DNA of 62,646 nucleotides, filler included, from Jimgerdemannia flammicorona (Eukaryota): NCBI GenBank assembly GCA_003990765.1. It is 3 parts of 3 records of this genome, joined end to end, with 100 filler letters (N's around TTAATTAATTAA, not from the genome) between each part and the next. Parts side by side here need not be neighbours in the genome. Positions count along the whole stretch, not along the records: positions 41,834 to 62,646 come from RBNJ01001586.1; 2 more parts are not named here. One strand, 5' to 3'. Shown piece by piece: positions 60,428 to 62,646 of this stretch (position 1 is its first letter; each line of letters starts with the position of its first letter). The notes under the pieces were generated by a model. It saw only the letters and a program-made list of their open reading frames with translations, ran no database searches and was not told where the DNA came from. The position numbers and the translations under genes were made by a program.

Positions 60428-61538
60428 CACCCTCCCCCCTCGAAAACTCTTACCAACGTCCGACTCCGCCTCAACCTAGACCTCATCAACGCCGTCGGTA
60501 CGATCGAGCAGGTGATGCACATCATTCTCAAGGAGTTCGAGTACCAGTCCTCGCTTGAGCTCGATCAAGAGACCTACGACTCTATCGCACACATACCACT
60601 CGCGACTAAGATTGGGATACACGCCCGGCAGGTATGGTGAGGAGAACAGGGGACAAAGTGTTCATTTGGGATTGGGACGTGTGTAGGTGAAGTGAATTGG
60701 AACGGAATGGGAAGGGCTTTGTAGCCAATGAAGAGTATCCGCGGATACGCCGTAAAATAGTACAGTTCATCACAAATTCCTCATGCCTAACCTCTACTTC
60801 GACACACACTCTGTCCTCGCAACCAACCACCTTCCAGGATCTAATCAACCGGCTCGAGAACTACCAGGAGACGGAACCTAAGCTACTTCACACGGCAATC
60901 GCGTTCATCGACGCAGAAATTGTCCCGCAGATTATTAGGCACTCGATTAGCGGGCATACCATCGTACGGACGTGAGTGTTATGCCTTTTTTTCTTCTTTT
61001 TTTATATGAGACCGAGGGATGGGAATGAAGTCAAGGATGAGAGATTGTCGCTATATGTTATGAGCATTTGTGTGTAGAATGATTTGGAGACGCAACTCAA
61101 GACGCGGATTCCGAGTCCATTATCTCGTCCAAATGTCAACTGATCCTCTCCTATCTCTTTCCTTTACCACCTCTCACAACAGCGACAACCCGCTTCTAGA
61201 GAACGTGCATCTAGTATCCATGATTATGGACGTGCTCTCGGAACGCGGGTACCATATCTCGTTCAACAATCGCGTGCGGGAGACACCCAAGCGCGTCAAC
61301 CTCAAGACAGGCGAGATTGAGGTCGAGAAGTGAGTTTGCCAAGTAGTGTGGATTTGGAAAGGGGTGGGGTGGGTGGGGGGGGGGGAGGGTTTAGTGGCGT
61401 TAATAGGATGATTCAGTTTGTTCGTATCCACTGATCAATGACCTTTGTGAACACCCTACATCCAGGATCCACTATTACGCGCTCAATGTTCAGTTCCCCA
61501 AGCATCACATTCAACCTCTCGAGCAGAAATTCAACTAG
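58838..61538 (+). CDS. Atypical adenylate/nucleoside-monophosphate kinase, multi-exon, probable mitochondrial presequence
   Basis: P-loop LMGAPGSGKGT, GVLVDGFPRT, LYVDEDISVQRQL. Arg/Ser/Thr-rich N-terminus. Last exon IHYYALNVQFPKHHIQPLEQKFN-stop. Confidence 0.85.
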
Positions 61539-61923
61539 GCGCGACCAAGGCGATGCTGGGTGATGACATTGGTCGGTTACGATGCAGGCCTTGCATACTG
61601 GTTCGTTGGGGGTTCGAAGAAATGACTTATATTTGTCAGACATTAGGCACTTTTATTACCCGATCATAGTCAACAGTACTATTTTTGTTCGTATTCAATC
61701 TCGCGCCAAGGATGACACATACGGTGTGGTCGTTGTGGGTCGATTAGATGATATGTTGTGGTCCCCATTCAATGTAATTAATAGACGTTTATATAATTAT
61801 ATATAATTATAAGTGGCTTGCCAGGCCAGCAGTCACAGTCAGCGTCACGCATGATGTAAACACAGTCGCATCCATCACACATCGCTCATCGCTCGCTCAC
61901 CACCCGCCACCCGCCACAAAGAA

Positions 61924-62646
61924 ATGTCGTCCCCATCCTCCGCCACACAGTCCATTCTCCCTTTCCCCTACCCGTCCGTCCTCAAGCCACCCACAGCCCT
62001 CACAACCGACGAGAAACTCCTCAAGATTGCCCGCAGCATGCCATGCGGCGAGAGCCAGTGCCAGTGCTCCAGCTGGCGCCCAAAGCCCGCCAACGTCGGC
62101 GGAAGAGCCGACCTTTGCACTTGCGGGCACAGGCTTCGCAGCCATGGAGGGAACCAGGAGGATATGGATAGGCGGTTAAGGGTGGCAACAAGAATCGACC
62201 AGTTATTGGAGGTAGAACCATCATTCTGTGTGTTGAACACCATGTTGCCCTTGTTGCCGTATTTGCGACCAACGGCACTTCTCTCACCCCTGAAACTAGG
62301 AAAAAGGCAAACTAATGAACTTTGAATACGAAGACGACGACATACGCTCTCTACGCAAGTGAGTAATCTCACTTATGCTGAGACATACGTCCAGTGTGCA
62401 AACCACCACAAGAAGAAAACCATATCGCCTCTATTGTCGTCATTCATTTCCGGGTACTTTCGATGAACAGGCAGATGATTTTCAACGCGGAGCGCGACAA
62501 TTCTCCGCCCTCCGACCTACCCTCTGACCGGAATGAGTCGAGATCATTATCATCGTCGCCTTCATCAATGGAAGGTATATATATATTGGCCACGACAGCA
62601 TCCATTATCCGCACATCTTCCCATCCACCACCCCCCCCCCCCCCCC
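61924..62646 (+). CDS. 5' end of probable histone acetyltransferase GCN5 (Cys/His-rich N-terminal domain), truncated by the window end
   Basis: KIARSMPC...CQC...CTCGH..SH...RRLRVATRIDQLLE, then spliced EKGKLMNFEYEDDDIRSLRKQM. This resembles the N-terminal extension of non-yeast fungal Gcn5. The catalytic domain is not in the window. Confidence 0.55.

Noticed and set aside
60392..60440. Poly-C/poly-Pro tract and other homopolymer runs
   Set aside because: Intronic or intergenic homopolymers are common throughout segment 3 and are not coding.

Overview
Eukaryotic, intron-containing fungal DNA; probably an early-diverging Mucoromycota lineage such as Endogonales, which is an inference from gene style, gene content and TE load. 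The window is not one continuous locus. Two 100-nt linkers (N-run + TTAATTAATTAA + N-run) join three segments of 20817, 20816 and 20813 bp, which look like length-sorted contigs. Segments 1 and 2 (1-41733) are nested, decayed retrotransposons: five L1/Tx1-clade LINEs, a complete Ty1/copia element with a half-tRNA-type PBS, two dUTPase-bearing Ty3/gypsy elements and long LTRs. Most carry heavy C-to-T / G-to-A mutation. Segment 3 (41834-62646) is genic and holds the main discovery, an ~11 kb putative anti-invertebrate toxin cluster (43664-54547). It has three intact single-intron paralogs of the Cry6A(App6)/XaxA-YaxA/HBL alpha-pore-forming toxin family, one of which lacks the hydrophobic hairpin. 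It also has a pseudogenised fourth copy and an ~820-aa coiled-coil protein resembling the fern insecticidal protein PtIP-83/IPD083. Downstream are MITE-like elements, a 4-TM membrane protein gene, an atypical adenylate kinase gene and the 5' end of a probable GCN5 gene. Family assignments come from recalled motifs, not from database searches.
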